From contig CM074810.1 in NCBI GenBank assembly GCA_037447605.1, positions 868,001-932,000 on the forward strand: a stretch of DNA of 64,000 bases. The letters run 5' to 3'. A model generated the notes under the pieces. It was given only the letters and a program-made list of their open reading frames with translations, had not been told where the DNA came from and did no database searches. Positions 25,400 to 36,033 of the stretch are shown here, in pieces. Position 1 is the stretch's first letter. Every line of letters begins with the position of its first letter. Source of the DNA: Zygnema circumcarinatum SAG 698-1b (taxonomy: Eukaryota > Plantae > Zygnematophyceae). The translations under genes and the position numbers were made by a program.

Positions 25400-27101
25400 A
25401 GCTTAATTGATGAGCTGACGCCGCGTGCGTGAAGATACGCGTCTCCTGATGAAGACCTGGCCGTATCCTGGTCACTTCTCGTATCCGGGTCACTCCAATT
25501 TGCGGCCGTGTGTCCGTACACGGGACCGCTGCTCCCCCTCTCAAATCGTACTCCATTTGTGAGATCGTGTCCGTTCGAGATATCGAGATATCGCGATATC
25601 GATCGATACTCTGAACTGCCTCCTTGCTGAATGCCTCCCGTCGCGGGACAGCGGGTCCACCCGCTGCGTTCCCTTCTCCTTCGGGTTCGGGCTGTTCAGC
25701 CATGAGACGATGCCGCCCCTCCACTTTGCTGCGTCCGCTTCCTCCTGTGCGTCGGAGTCCGTTGGCGGCTCCTCAAAGTGTGCCTTGAGGCAGGTGGCCT
25801 CTTCACGAAGTCGGCTGAGTCGAGGGGTAATCGGTCTGAATTCCCCTCCGTGCTCCTATGCGTCGGCCTCCTCATTGGTCGTTTTTCCCACTCCCCATAC
25901 CTGTCTGGTATCCCCCCTGTCCCTAGGAGGTGGCGTGGAGCCGAAGTGGGGTGTAAAACCCCTTTGGCGTGTGCCGTGAAGGGATGGTGCTTGACCATGC
26001 CTAGGTAACCACCTGGTTGGTACCTGGCTGCCGCTGCCTCTTCCGCGTTCTCCTCTGTAAGATCGTGACCGTGATGGTCAGAGTCTTCTTCGGGTAGGTC
26101 GTCATCGCGCTGTTCCTCCTGGAATGGCGATTCGGGCTGTTCCCCCCCTTGGGGAATGCCGATGTGGGCTGTTCCTCCTGGAAAGCCGGTTCTCCGCGTT
26201 TGCAGCGCCTCGTTGTGCTGCAGTGGCTTCAGCCGTTTGCTGGATTGCTGAGTCCAACGGAGTGGACGCTGGTGGGGCAGATCCTCACCTCCCGGGATCC
26301 CCCCTCTCAAGGGGAGAAACGTCATGACCGGGAGCGGCTCCTCTTGAGGCCGCGAGTGCTGCTTCTCCTTGGTGCTCTTCTCTTCGGGTACCTCCTTAAA
26401 ATCTGTCAGGGCGCTGGAGGGGCATCTTCTTCCGGGTGTAGGCCGCCATAAGGATCGCTTCTCCCCAAGGGGGAAGGGTGACTTGCTGGGCGTCGGCCTC
26501 TTCATGTCGCCAAGGGAACGGTTCACTCTCCTGGCTGCACCGATGCTCTGTCGGCTTCACGGGGCCGTGAACTCGTGTCGAGTCCCAAGGGACTGAGAAT
26601 GTTCAGAGGGCTGGAGGGATCTACTCTACTCTCTCCCCCTTTATCCATCCTGGATCTCTGAATTTTCTTCGCCGGATGTCCTTTCTACCGCTATCTGTCA
26701 AGCAGGAAAGGTTCCTAATTTTGCGCTCTCTCGCGCCAACAGCACATCCCAGATTATCCTTGAGTAATTATCAAGGAATGTAATCAAGTACCTTCTCTCC
26801 TCCCTTCGGTGTGATCGGTCCACAGAGATCGCTGCGAACCGGCTCCAACCTCCGTGTCACGCGGAACTCCTCCGCGCCGTGGGTCGTGAAGGGGTGACGG
26901 TGTGCTTTGCCCGCCCCGCAGTCGGGGCAGACAGTTCCCGTCCTTCGGGAGCGTCGTGAAGGGGAAACCTTTCCCCCTCTTACGAGACTCGCGTCGCAAG
27001 GGTCTCCAGACCGCTTGTACGACACGTGGCCAAGTCGCTGGTGCCAAACTTTGGACGAATCAGAGACCCGCTGTACGGACTCAGATCCCCCATTGAATTT
27101 T
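25400..27101 (-). pseudogene. Decayed GAG-pre-integrase/integrase and linker of element A
   Basis: Frameshifted motifs: VWHQRLGHVSY, CPDCGAGKAHRHPF, VRSDLCGPITP, an RHEFTAP-like motif and VNRSLGDM. Confidence 0.8.
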
Positions 27102-28967
27102 GGCTCTGAAGTTACTTCAGTGAAGTTTCGAATGCCGCCCAGGGTTGCGAAAACGTTTCAACTTGTCACGTCACGGCGTATAGGGCCGTCGCGCCGACCA
27201 AAGGCGCGGGCGCAGTCAGCCGTTTCCGCGCGAAAAAGTGTCCGTACACTTTTCGACTTCGCGTCCGCCGCGCGCGCTGTCCTTAGGCGATTTTGCGCGA
27301 AAATTGTCCGTACAATTTTGCGACTTCGCTTTTGCCGCGCGCGTGGTATCGATTTTGCGTCTGCCGCGCGCGCTAATCGTAGCGCGCGTGGTTTCGCCTT
27401 CGCGTCCCCCCCGCCGGGACCTCCGCGGTTCGGAAATGGCCGCTCCCGTCGTCGGCTCGGCCAGGTCCATGGCTGCTGAGTGCGCTGCGTGTAGCGCCTC
27501 TGTCAGCGTCGCGATCATCTTGGTCGCTCCCCAGAGCGGTTAGGGTACGTTCCTGCTCGCGATTTTCACGTGCTTGCAGGTTTGCGGTCGCGGGACGCGC
27601 TGTCCGAAGCGCGCGCCGATTCTCCCCCTTCACGCATGCTGCGATCAGCACGCGTGGCTGCGCTGCTTGCGTCCTCTGTGACGCGGGCAGGTATGCGGTC
27701 ATTGCAAGCGCTGTCGATAGCGCATGCAGTCCCGCCTTCGCAAACAATCTCCGTGATCCTGGCGGCTCTGATGATGCTGCTAATCCTCCCCATGGAGCGG
27801 GCAGATCCTCGGGTGCTGCGCGCGCTGTCGGTAGCGCGCGTGACTCCGCCGACGCGGGCGACCTCCAAGGTCCTCGCAGGTTTGAGTTACTCGCCCCATC
27901 CGTGGTGCGGGTAATTCTACGGCTGTTGCATGTGCTGTCCGTAGCGCATGCAGCTCCTCCGTCTTCGTCCGTGCTGGCACTCAGCACGTTCGGCTTCAAT
28001 GTCCCTGCTCCTTCTGTCGTGAGCAGGACTGCGATCCTTGAGCGCGCTGTCGTTAGCACGCGTGGTCCGCCTTCACGCTCCCTCCCCGAGGTGTGCGCGG
28101 TTCCTTTGTCGCTGCTACTCGCGTGGTGAGCAGGACTACAGTCGTGAGATCCGCTATTCGGACGTCCCTTAGCGAGATTCTAACTTACTGCCTTCGCGCG
28201 CTCCCTTGCGCGCGGATCCTCTGCTCGGCGCGCTGGCCGTGGCGCGGGCAGGCTCCCGATCGTTGAGCGGGCCGTGAGAGGCTCGCGTCGATCCTTCGCA
28301 TGTGCTCCCAGCACGTACGGTTGAGACTAACTCCCTCCTTGATGGTGTTGTACAGCACTAGAGACTGTACAACGTTTTGGGAGTATACCGTACTGTACCG
28401 TGTTGTACTGTACCGTACCACTTTTACCTGGTGTATGAAGTGTACGGACAGTATAGATGTACAGGAAGTGTGGCGCCGCATCCTCACGCATAGGAGTCAG
28501 CCTTCTGACGGCTTGAACCCTTAATCGATCTAGCCACTTTCAGAGAGCTTGCTGAGACGTTTGGCTGTAGCCAGGGCAGGTGCTTATGGGATATGTGTGG
28601 GTTAGTGCAAGGAGGGACAAGTAGTGTGGCACTGCTTTACATACCTTGTACTCATTCATTGAAAACAAGAGTTTTGGGCCGGCGGGGCTTTTCTCAATCT
28701 GTTGAGCTTGTCTTATGTCTGAAATGTCTGAGACTGGAGATTCAGGAGGAGGAGACACGGCTGGTGGTAAATCCATGGATGGAGTTACAACAGATGGAAG
28801 CCAGTCAGGTCCTCATGCCATCCGTGGCAAGGACAGATGTGGGGCTGTTGAGCTCGCTGTCGTAAGCGGGCGTTGCAACACCGCCTCCGCGTTTACATGC
28901 GCCATCTTGAGCGCTCGCGGCTCCATTGCTCATCGCACCATCCATGGTGGAGCAATTCCTTGGTTGC

Positions 28968-29310
28968 TGAGCGCACTTTCGAAAGTGCACGTTGCTCCCC
29001 TTTGCGTGTGCTCCCAGCACTCGCGGCTTGACTGCTCGTCGTGCCATCCGTAGCACGGGCAGTTATGCGGCAGCTGAGCACGCTGTTGAAGCGTGCGTTG
29101 CTCCCCTTTGCGTGTGCTCCCAGCACTCGCGGCTTGACTGCTCGTCGTGCCATCTGTAGCACGGGCAGTTTTGCGGCAGCTGAGCACGCTGTTGAAGCGT
29201 GCGTTGCTCCCCTTCGCGTGTGCTCCAAGCACTCGCGGCTTGACTGCTCGTCGTGCCATTCGAAGCACGGGCAGTTTTGCGGCAGCTGAGCGCACTGTCG
29301 TAAGCATGCG
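28968..29310 (+). repeat. Three near-identical tandem copies of a 106-bp unit, with a diverged copy upstream (~28845-28967)
   Basis: GTTGCTCCCC recurs at 28991, 29097 and 29203, a period of 106. Confidence 0.9.
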
Positions 29311-29395
29311 TTGCTTTGCCGCCATTGCATGTGCTGTCGTTTAGCACGTGCGGTTGCAACTGTCTCCCACGCAGTTGCGTGCAGGGTGTCCCGGT

Positions 29396-32300
29396 TGTAG
29401 ATGTGGAGCCTCCGGTCCTAGTAGAGGATCCCTCCGAGGATGACATCCCACTACTCCTTGGACTAGGAGACGCCAGCCTTGCGGAAACACAGAATCACAC
29501 TCACAAAGCACAGACTGCCCCAAGCAAAGAATGAATGAACAGATCGAAGATTCAGAAGATAAGAGAATGCACAAATGCTGAAAACTCTTAACTTCAAAAC
29601 GGAGTACAAGAACACAACAAGAGCCCCTCCTGCGCTTCTCTACTCCACTACAAGAGTGTCCCCCTTATGCTGTAAAGCTTCACCACACACTGGCATAAGC
29701 ACCCATCTTCTTCGCCTCCTCTTGAGACTGGGGTGACATGGATTCTGAAAGCCTTTGTGACATATCCATGGGACTTGTGCATGGAGTGCACTTGTCCATT
29801 GAACTTCGGCGGACATCCTGCTTGGTACTTCTCTGGCAAGAGACAAACCACCATCTACGCCCCCTCTTGACTGGGTCCCAGCGGATATTGGGCCTCTCCC
29901 TAATCTGTCATCTGGAAGTTTTCCTTCATCAAATCCCTCCGACTTTGAATGCTTTGCATGGAGGAACTTACAATGATCGACTGCCCACGCAATGCCCACG
30001 TATAGCGCTCTCCTTCCCGCAATTTCGTCAGAGACGGAGTGGTTCGACTCAAACCTTCGCTGTATCCATTCCTCTCAGAAAAGATCATCTATCTTACGGT
30101 ACACCAAATCCGGGTGCTTGCTTGAGGCCAAGTAAGAAGACTCTTTACCAGCCTGCATACAGATGTTCTTGTCCAGCCTTCCCACCAACTGTGCCTTCCG
30201 GTACGCTCCATATAAATCTCCTCACTTAGATCTCCATAGAGGAATGCAGTCTTTATATCAAGTTGATGGACATGCATTCTCTCCGCTGCTGCAATCGAAA
30301 TGAGTGATCTAAGGGAATTGAACTTAACCACTGGTGCAAAAGTCTCTGAATAATCAATGCCCTCTTTCTGGCTATACCCCTTTGCAACCAGCCTGGCCTT
30401 GTAGCGATCTACGCTCCCATCTGCCTTCCGCTTCACCTTAAACACCCATTTGCAGCCTATAGCCTTCCTACCCTTAGGAAGCTCCTCCAATCTCCAGGTT
30501 CCATTTTCTTTCAAACTATTCAGCTCACTATCTATTGCTGCCCTCCACTTTTCGGCGTCTCACCTGCAAGCTTCACGCATAGCTCTGAGGTTCTGAAATA
30601 TGAGCCATCATGCACGCAGCAATGCCAGCAAAGTCAGCTGAGTCACTAGGTGTTCTGACCTTCTTCGTCCTTTTTGCCTTCCAATATGGTGGTTGGTGGT
30701 AGTCTGCCAACCAACCAGGTTGCCTCCTTGGACGATCACTCCTGTTCTCATAGTTTGGAGTGAATCCTTGCCTCTCTCCTGACTCCTTTGCTGGCTGCAC
30801 CTGCAAGTCCGCTGATGGCTCCTCCTCCTCGGGTGCTTCCTCCTCAAGCGGTCCCTCCTCAGGTACAGAATCTAGCGGATTAGTGACATGCTCCATCGGT
30901 GGGCTATGCTGAATATCTGGCCGTGGTAATGCTGCTTCCTCAGCCCTTCCTGAATCTTCTGGAACCCATGGAAACACAAGCCTTCTCGTGTTCACGTCCT
31001 TCTCTCCATCCAGCTTCTCTGAATACTTGTGGAATTCTTGCACAATTATGTCACGACTCCTTTCCACCTTCTTTGTGACTGGGTTCCAGATCCGGTAAGT
31101 CTGGCTATCTTCATTGTAGCCAAGGAAGTATCCTTCCACAGATCGAGGACTGAACTTCAGCGCTTGCTTGTGCTTTGGAACGTGAATAAAGCACTTTGAG
31201 CCCCAAACTCGAAAGTGCTCAACAGTCGGCTTCTTGCCTGTCCACACTTCCTCCGGAACTTTATCCTTCAAGACAGATGTAGGGCACCTGTTCCGAATAT
31301 ACGCTGCCGCCGTGATCGCCTCAGCCCAAAACGATAGCGGAAATGGCGACTCATTCAGCATAGTCCTTGCCATATCTCCTAGCGTCCTATTCATCCTCTC
31401 AGCAACTCCGTTACTTTGAGGAGAGTAAGGGGCAGTGAACTCATGTTTCACTCCGAGGGACTTCAGGTAATCTCTAAACTGGTGAGAAGTGTACTCTCCA
31501 CCATTGTCTGACCTTAGAGTTTTTAGTTTCATCCACTGTCTCCCTCTCGGCCTGCAGCTGCCACTCCTTGAAGGCCTGAAAAGCTTCCGATTTCTTGGTG
31601 AGCGTTTTCACCCATACTTTCCTTGAGCAATCATCAAGAAAGGTGATGAAATAGTTAGCTCCACCTTTGCTTGTAGGGGTAACAGGGCCGCACAAGTCTG
31701 TGTGCACCAGCTCCAATCTCTCCCGAGAGATTTGCGCCACCGCTCCTTGACCAAACGGCCGCCTATGAGCTTTTCCTACGACACAATCTTCACAAGTCCC
31801 GTGTCCTTCTCCCCTTACACCTTCCACATCCAATCCTCTGACTAACTTCTCATCTGCAAGGCGCTTCAAACCTCTGAATCCAAGGTGTCCAAGTCTGCGA
31901 TGCCAGAGTCTCACCTTGGGGTCCTCTTCAACTGAATTGACCACCTCCACCGGCTTCCCACCCCAATTCAGATAATAAAGGCCATTCTTTTGCATGCCTC
32001 TACATAGGGTCCTCCCGGTATTCTCGTCAACTACTGCGCACGCCACTCTATCAAACCACACCTTGCAGCCTTCCTCGCAGATTTGACTCACAGAAAGAAA
32101 GTTATTCTGTAGTCCCGGGGTGTGCAGCACATTCCCTATGGTCAGCACTGCCCCTACACCCCCATTGAGTACCTCCAGCTCGACCGATCCTCCTTGCGTC
32201 ACCTCAACTCCATCTCCGGTGGCAGAATAAACAGAACGTGCATGCTGCAGCGCCTTCTTCTCCACGAAAAGTGACTCATCCACGCACATATGCTTGGATG

Positions 32301-33570
32301 CTCCCGAATCAATCAGCCAAGGCCTCAATCCATAATCCCGCACTTGGATTCCATTCGCAAACTCTGAATACTCGCCTTCAGCAGCCATTAGAGTCTTCTC
32401 TGAATTTCCGTCAGGACAGTTTGCCTTGAAGTGGCCAAACTTCCCGCACTTGTGACACGCTCCTTTGACCTTCTCCTTTGCGGCTAACTTAGAAGGGCCT
32501 GCTCCACTCGCATTATCCTTCTTCAGCTCCGGGCAGTTGGTCTTCACGTGTCCTGGCTTTCCGCAGTTGTAGCAACTCAGTCCCGAGCTGCGCTTGTCCA
32601 CCTTGGGTCTCCCCCCTCCTTTGTGCTTTTGCTGCGACCACCTTAGCGCCAGCACCTTGTCACTCGAAACCTTAGCCTTTGCCTGCCTTTCATCCTCCTC
32701 CCTCACTCTGCCCTTCACCTCGTTTATGGTTAGATTGGCAGTAGTGAGAAGTGTCTTAATGGAAATGACAGCAAACTCAAATCTTTTGGGCAGACCCTCT
32801 AAGAAGACGCTGATCTTATGATCTGAGTCCAACGGCTTACTTGCAAGAGCAAACCTCTGCATCAAGCTATCAAACCTCTGCATATAATCTGCCAGCTCTT
32901 CATCTTCGGACATTCTCAAATTGCCTAGTTCTGAGTACAAGTGGACAACCGTGGTATGAGATTTGACATCATACACATCCTCTAGACTCTTCCACATTTC
33001 AGCACTAGTCTCTAACTCTTGCAGTGCAAGCGACTGCTCATCCTTCACAGTTAAGGCGATAAGTGCTTGAGCTTTCCTGTCCTTTCGAAGCCACTCCTTG
33101 ATATCTTCAGCACCGGTGGTTGGTCTCTCCTCCGTGCCATCAACAACTCCAAGAAGGTCTCGGCTCGACAGCACTTTCTTCATTCGCCACCTCCACGTCT
33201 TGTAGTTATGGCCATCAAACAATGGCACTCCAATCTTCCGATCGTCATCACCTTCTGCTCGGTCTCTAGCTCTGATACCACTTGTAGTGTAGGAGCCTCC
33301 GGTCTAGTAGAGGATCCCTCGAGGATGACATCCCACTACTCCTTGGACTAGGAGGCGCCAGCCTTAGCGGAAACACAGAATCACACTCACAAAGCACAGA
33401 CTGCCCCAAGCAAAGAATGAATGAACAGATCGAAGATTCAGAAGATAAGAGAATGCACAAATGCTGAAAACTCTTAACTTCAAAACGGAGTACAAGAACA
33501 CAACAAGAGCCCCTCTGGCGCTCTCTGCTCCACCTCTAGAGTGTCCCTTATCTTGTAGCTTCACCACACA
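29396..33570 (-). mobile_element. Copia LTR retrotransposon B nested in C
   Basis: LTRs lie at 29396-29689 and 33283-33570 (TG..CA), with the Met PBS at 33280-33269. Domain order is gag-PR-INT-RT. The flanks (CCGGT / GCAGC) are not a matching TSD, and no clear PPT or RNase H is present. Confidence 0.9.
29850..33282 (-). pseudogene. Gag-Pol of element B (frameshifted; RT truncated)
   Basis: Copia gag, two CCHC knuckles, protease WLIDSGASKHMC, LWHRRLGH..CEDC, integrase HTDLCGP/SDNGGEY/NGVAERMNRTL and RT KWVFKVK..YKARLVAKGYSQ..QLDIKTAFL. There is a +1 frameshift near 31532, a stop near 30573 and many indels below ~30200. Confidence 0.92.
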
Positions 33571-33630
33571 GCAGCAGGCACTCTACTCTTGCACCTAGCA
33601 GCCTGCACTAAGGGTTACAACTTCCGGCTC

Positions 33631-34488
33631 ATTTGCATGCGTAATTTATTAGTCCGCGGTGTGGCGTGACTTAGAACACTCTCCGTCACGTCAGCATGCT
33701 GTAGCGCCTTACAAGCAATAATTTTCGGCAAAAGGAGCGCTGCGAGTTTCTGGGCTCCGTCGTGCAATCACGTACATCTCCGGCGCCAGTAACCACGACC
33801 CAATCCGCAGCTCGGCGCTTTATCACGGCGGGCAATCGAGAATCGCCATGCTCCACCTGATGTGTAGATCCTAGACAAGCATGCGAGCTAGACTCCGAAA
33901 CAACTACATGCTCTTCATGAACTATGTACCACTCACTAACACCGGTGGCTCCCACTTATGGTAAGTGGGGAACGTGTTCGGAGCTCCACCCTTTGTCTTC
34001 TGGGCGTTCCGCTGTTTGACCACCAGCTCGTCGTAGAGCTCAAACAACACGTTCGTGTCGATGGTGTCATAGATGGCCGTGAGCTTCTGCCACACCTCGC
34101 GTGCAGATTGCAGCTCTCGAAGCATCTTTGCCGGATTCCCCTTGACACTTGAGGATCTGAGCATCCTCACTTGAACGTCCTCCTTCGACCACGTCGTCTG
34201 CTCCAGCTCGTCTGGAGGCAGGGTGGTGAAGTTGGCCGGTGGTGTGATCGTCCCGTTGATGTACTTCAGCAGTCCCTTGCTCTGAAGTAAGGTTGTCATC
34301 TGCCACCGCCAATCCTTGTAGTCAGTTCCCCGAAAGATAGGGATGGTAAGCCGCACGTCACCTTCAGCTCTGATACCACTTGTTGAATTGGTTTCCCCTG
34401 AAGTGGTTCTGAAACCACTCGTAGAGGATAAGGGGTCGTAAACCGAGCCCCCTCTGGTCGTGTCTTCTCCCGTATTCATCTCGGCCAT
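33631..34488 (-). pseudogene. Gag N-terminus and decayed protease of element A
   Basis: IPIFRGTDYKDWRWQMTTLLQSKGLLKYING..WSKED..SAREVWQKLTAIY is Copia gag. Decayed DSGASxH-like (SESSSHAC) and NLLSV-like (KLLLVRR) segments follow. Confidence 0.75.
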
Positions 34489-35524
34489 GATGACTACCGT
34501 GAGCCAAGCAAGAACTGTGAGACAAAGTGTAAGAGAAAAGCCCACCGGCCGAAAACCTCTTCTTTATACAATGAAAGATACAACAGGTGCAGGCAGTATT
34601 CTACTCCTGACTCTGGCTCTATCCTACGCTCTACTAAGCGTTGCTTGCGGCTGCCCCTGACTATCTCACCCTTCCTCAGCTTACTACCCACAGTCGGGAA
34701 GCACTGCTCCCTTGTGCANNNNNNNNNNCGTCGCGCGTCGCGGTCGTCCGTACGCCCGAACAAATGTTCGGTTCGTCACGTCACGGTCCCATGAACTTAA
34801 CTTAGAACTTTCCCGCGTCCGCGCCCGCGCGACCAACCTTGTCGCTTGGCGTCCGCGCCCAAGTTCTTCATGTCATAGAGAGACTATGTCCCATAAGTTG
34901 TACGGTCTCTATAGCCGTACAACAATCCATACGATCAAAGGTCTCCGGATTCACGACTCTTTGCGACGGTTTTCCGACCGTTGCGCCTGCTGCCGCCGCC
35001 TCTGCCGCGGCCACGTGGCAGCCTCTTGTCGTTGTCTTTGCGTTTTCCTGTCGCGTGTCTTGCTGCATTGCTCTGTTTTTGTTGTTTGTGCTTCTTTTCG
35101 TTTTTTGTTTTTTGTTTTTGGTTGTTTTGCTGCTGTTTTGCTGCGGTTTTTTCTGTTCTAACGTTTCTCGCCTTGTTTTCTGACATTTTCTGCCGTAGCT
35201 TGTCTTGCTGTGTTGCGTTTTCCCTTTTGTCTCCCCCTTTGCGTCTCTTCGTCCTTGTGCTTCTTCTTTTTGAGCTGCTCTCGCCTTTTATGCCCTTTCC
35301 ACCCTTTTCTGCTGTTTTTCTCCTTCCTTTCCCTTCTCCCTTCCCGTCGCCTCCCTGGTCCCTTCCCTTCCCTTCCTTTCCTTATTCCTCCACCTCTGTT
35401 TCCCTATCCCTTCCCTTCCAATCCCTTCCTTTGTCCTGCCCCTTCCTTTTCCTTCTCCCCCCCCCCCTTCTCATTTCCCCTCCCCTTCCTTTCTCCCTTC
35501 CCTTCCCTTCCCTCNNNNNNNNNN

Positions 35525-36033
35525 CGTTGTTGTGCCTAGGCGTAGTTTTCCGCTCCTAGCTTTGTTTTATTGTGTTTCGGTCCTTTGTGACCAGTCCTTC
35601 GTGGTTCCACATTTTGCCTTTATCCATGTACATTTGATGGCCTCGCCATCGCGAGTTCAATGAAAGTTTGCTCCCTTTGCTAACACTTGACAAGTGTAAC
35701 TCCATCCGTATAATTCCGTTTATGTTATCCGTACATATGCTTCGTACAGCTCCGTCTGACTCTACGGATCACAACAATAGAAAGGCAAAATTTTCAGTTG
35801 CAGTGGAGATTGGCATTGGCTGGAGGCGAAGAGAAATAGAGCGAAGAGAAAGACTTGCAATGACTGGCCTTCGCGGCTGCTTCTAGGGAGGGCTGCGTTG
35901 TTGAGCCTACGAGTTTTCTGCTTCTAGCTTTTTGCTTTTGTGCTTATGTCCTTTGCAACCAGTTCCTCGTGGTTCCCCATGTTGCTTTTGTCCATGTACA
36001 TTTGATGGCATCGTCGCCATAGTGAGATCAATG
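35525..36033 (-). repeat. Two copies (35525-35662, 35868-36033) of a dispersed ~165-bp repeat family
   Basis: They share the core TCCATGTACATTTGATGGC and CAGT-CCTCGTGGTTCC. Related inverted copies lie at 42457-42626 and 47161-47236. Confidence 0.85.

Larger units (their letters stand above)
27107..33625. mobile_element. Element C: ~2.3-kb non-coding insertion (excluding B), probably a solo LTR
   Basis: Its ends are TGAAGTT...AACTTCC, flanked by a 5-bp direct repeat GGCTC (27102-27106, 33626-33630). Excision rejoins the protease remnant of A to its GAG-pre-integrase remnant. Confidence 0.65.
24214..34924 (-). mobile_element. Copia LTR retrotransposon A, a non-autonomous deletion derivative carrying nested elements C and B
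   Basis: The 3' LTR is 24214-25186 (973 bp) and the 5' LTR is 34381-34924 (collapsed by an N gap). TSD ATCCA lies at 24209-24213 and 34925-34929. The Met PBS is at 34378-34367 and the PPT AAGAGGGGGAT is next to 25187. Internal remnants are gag, protease and integrase. No RT or RNase H was found. Confidence 0.93.

Noticed and set aside
25696-26526. 276-aa ORF as a novel or env-like retroelement gene
   Set aside because: It begins at the integrase VNRSLGDM motif and is best explained as a shifted-frame reading of decayed integrase and linker. It has no transmembrane or env features.
27216-29446. Overlapping Ala/Arg/Ser-rich ORFs in element C as a cargo gene
   Set aside because: They are open on both strands because of GC-rich palindromes. 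The 106-bp period breaks frame, and no domain is recognisable.
34981-35559. 192-aa hydrophobic/proline-rich ORF
   Set aside because: It is a translation of T-rich and CT-rich low-complexity sequence running into an N gap.
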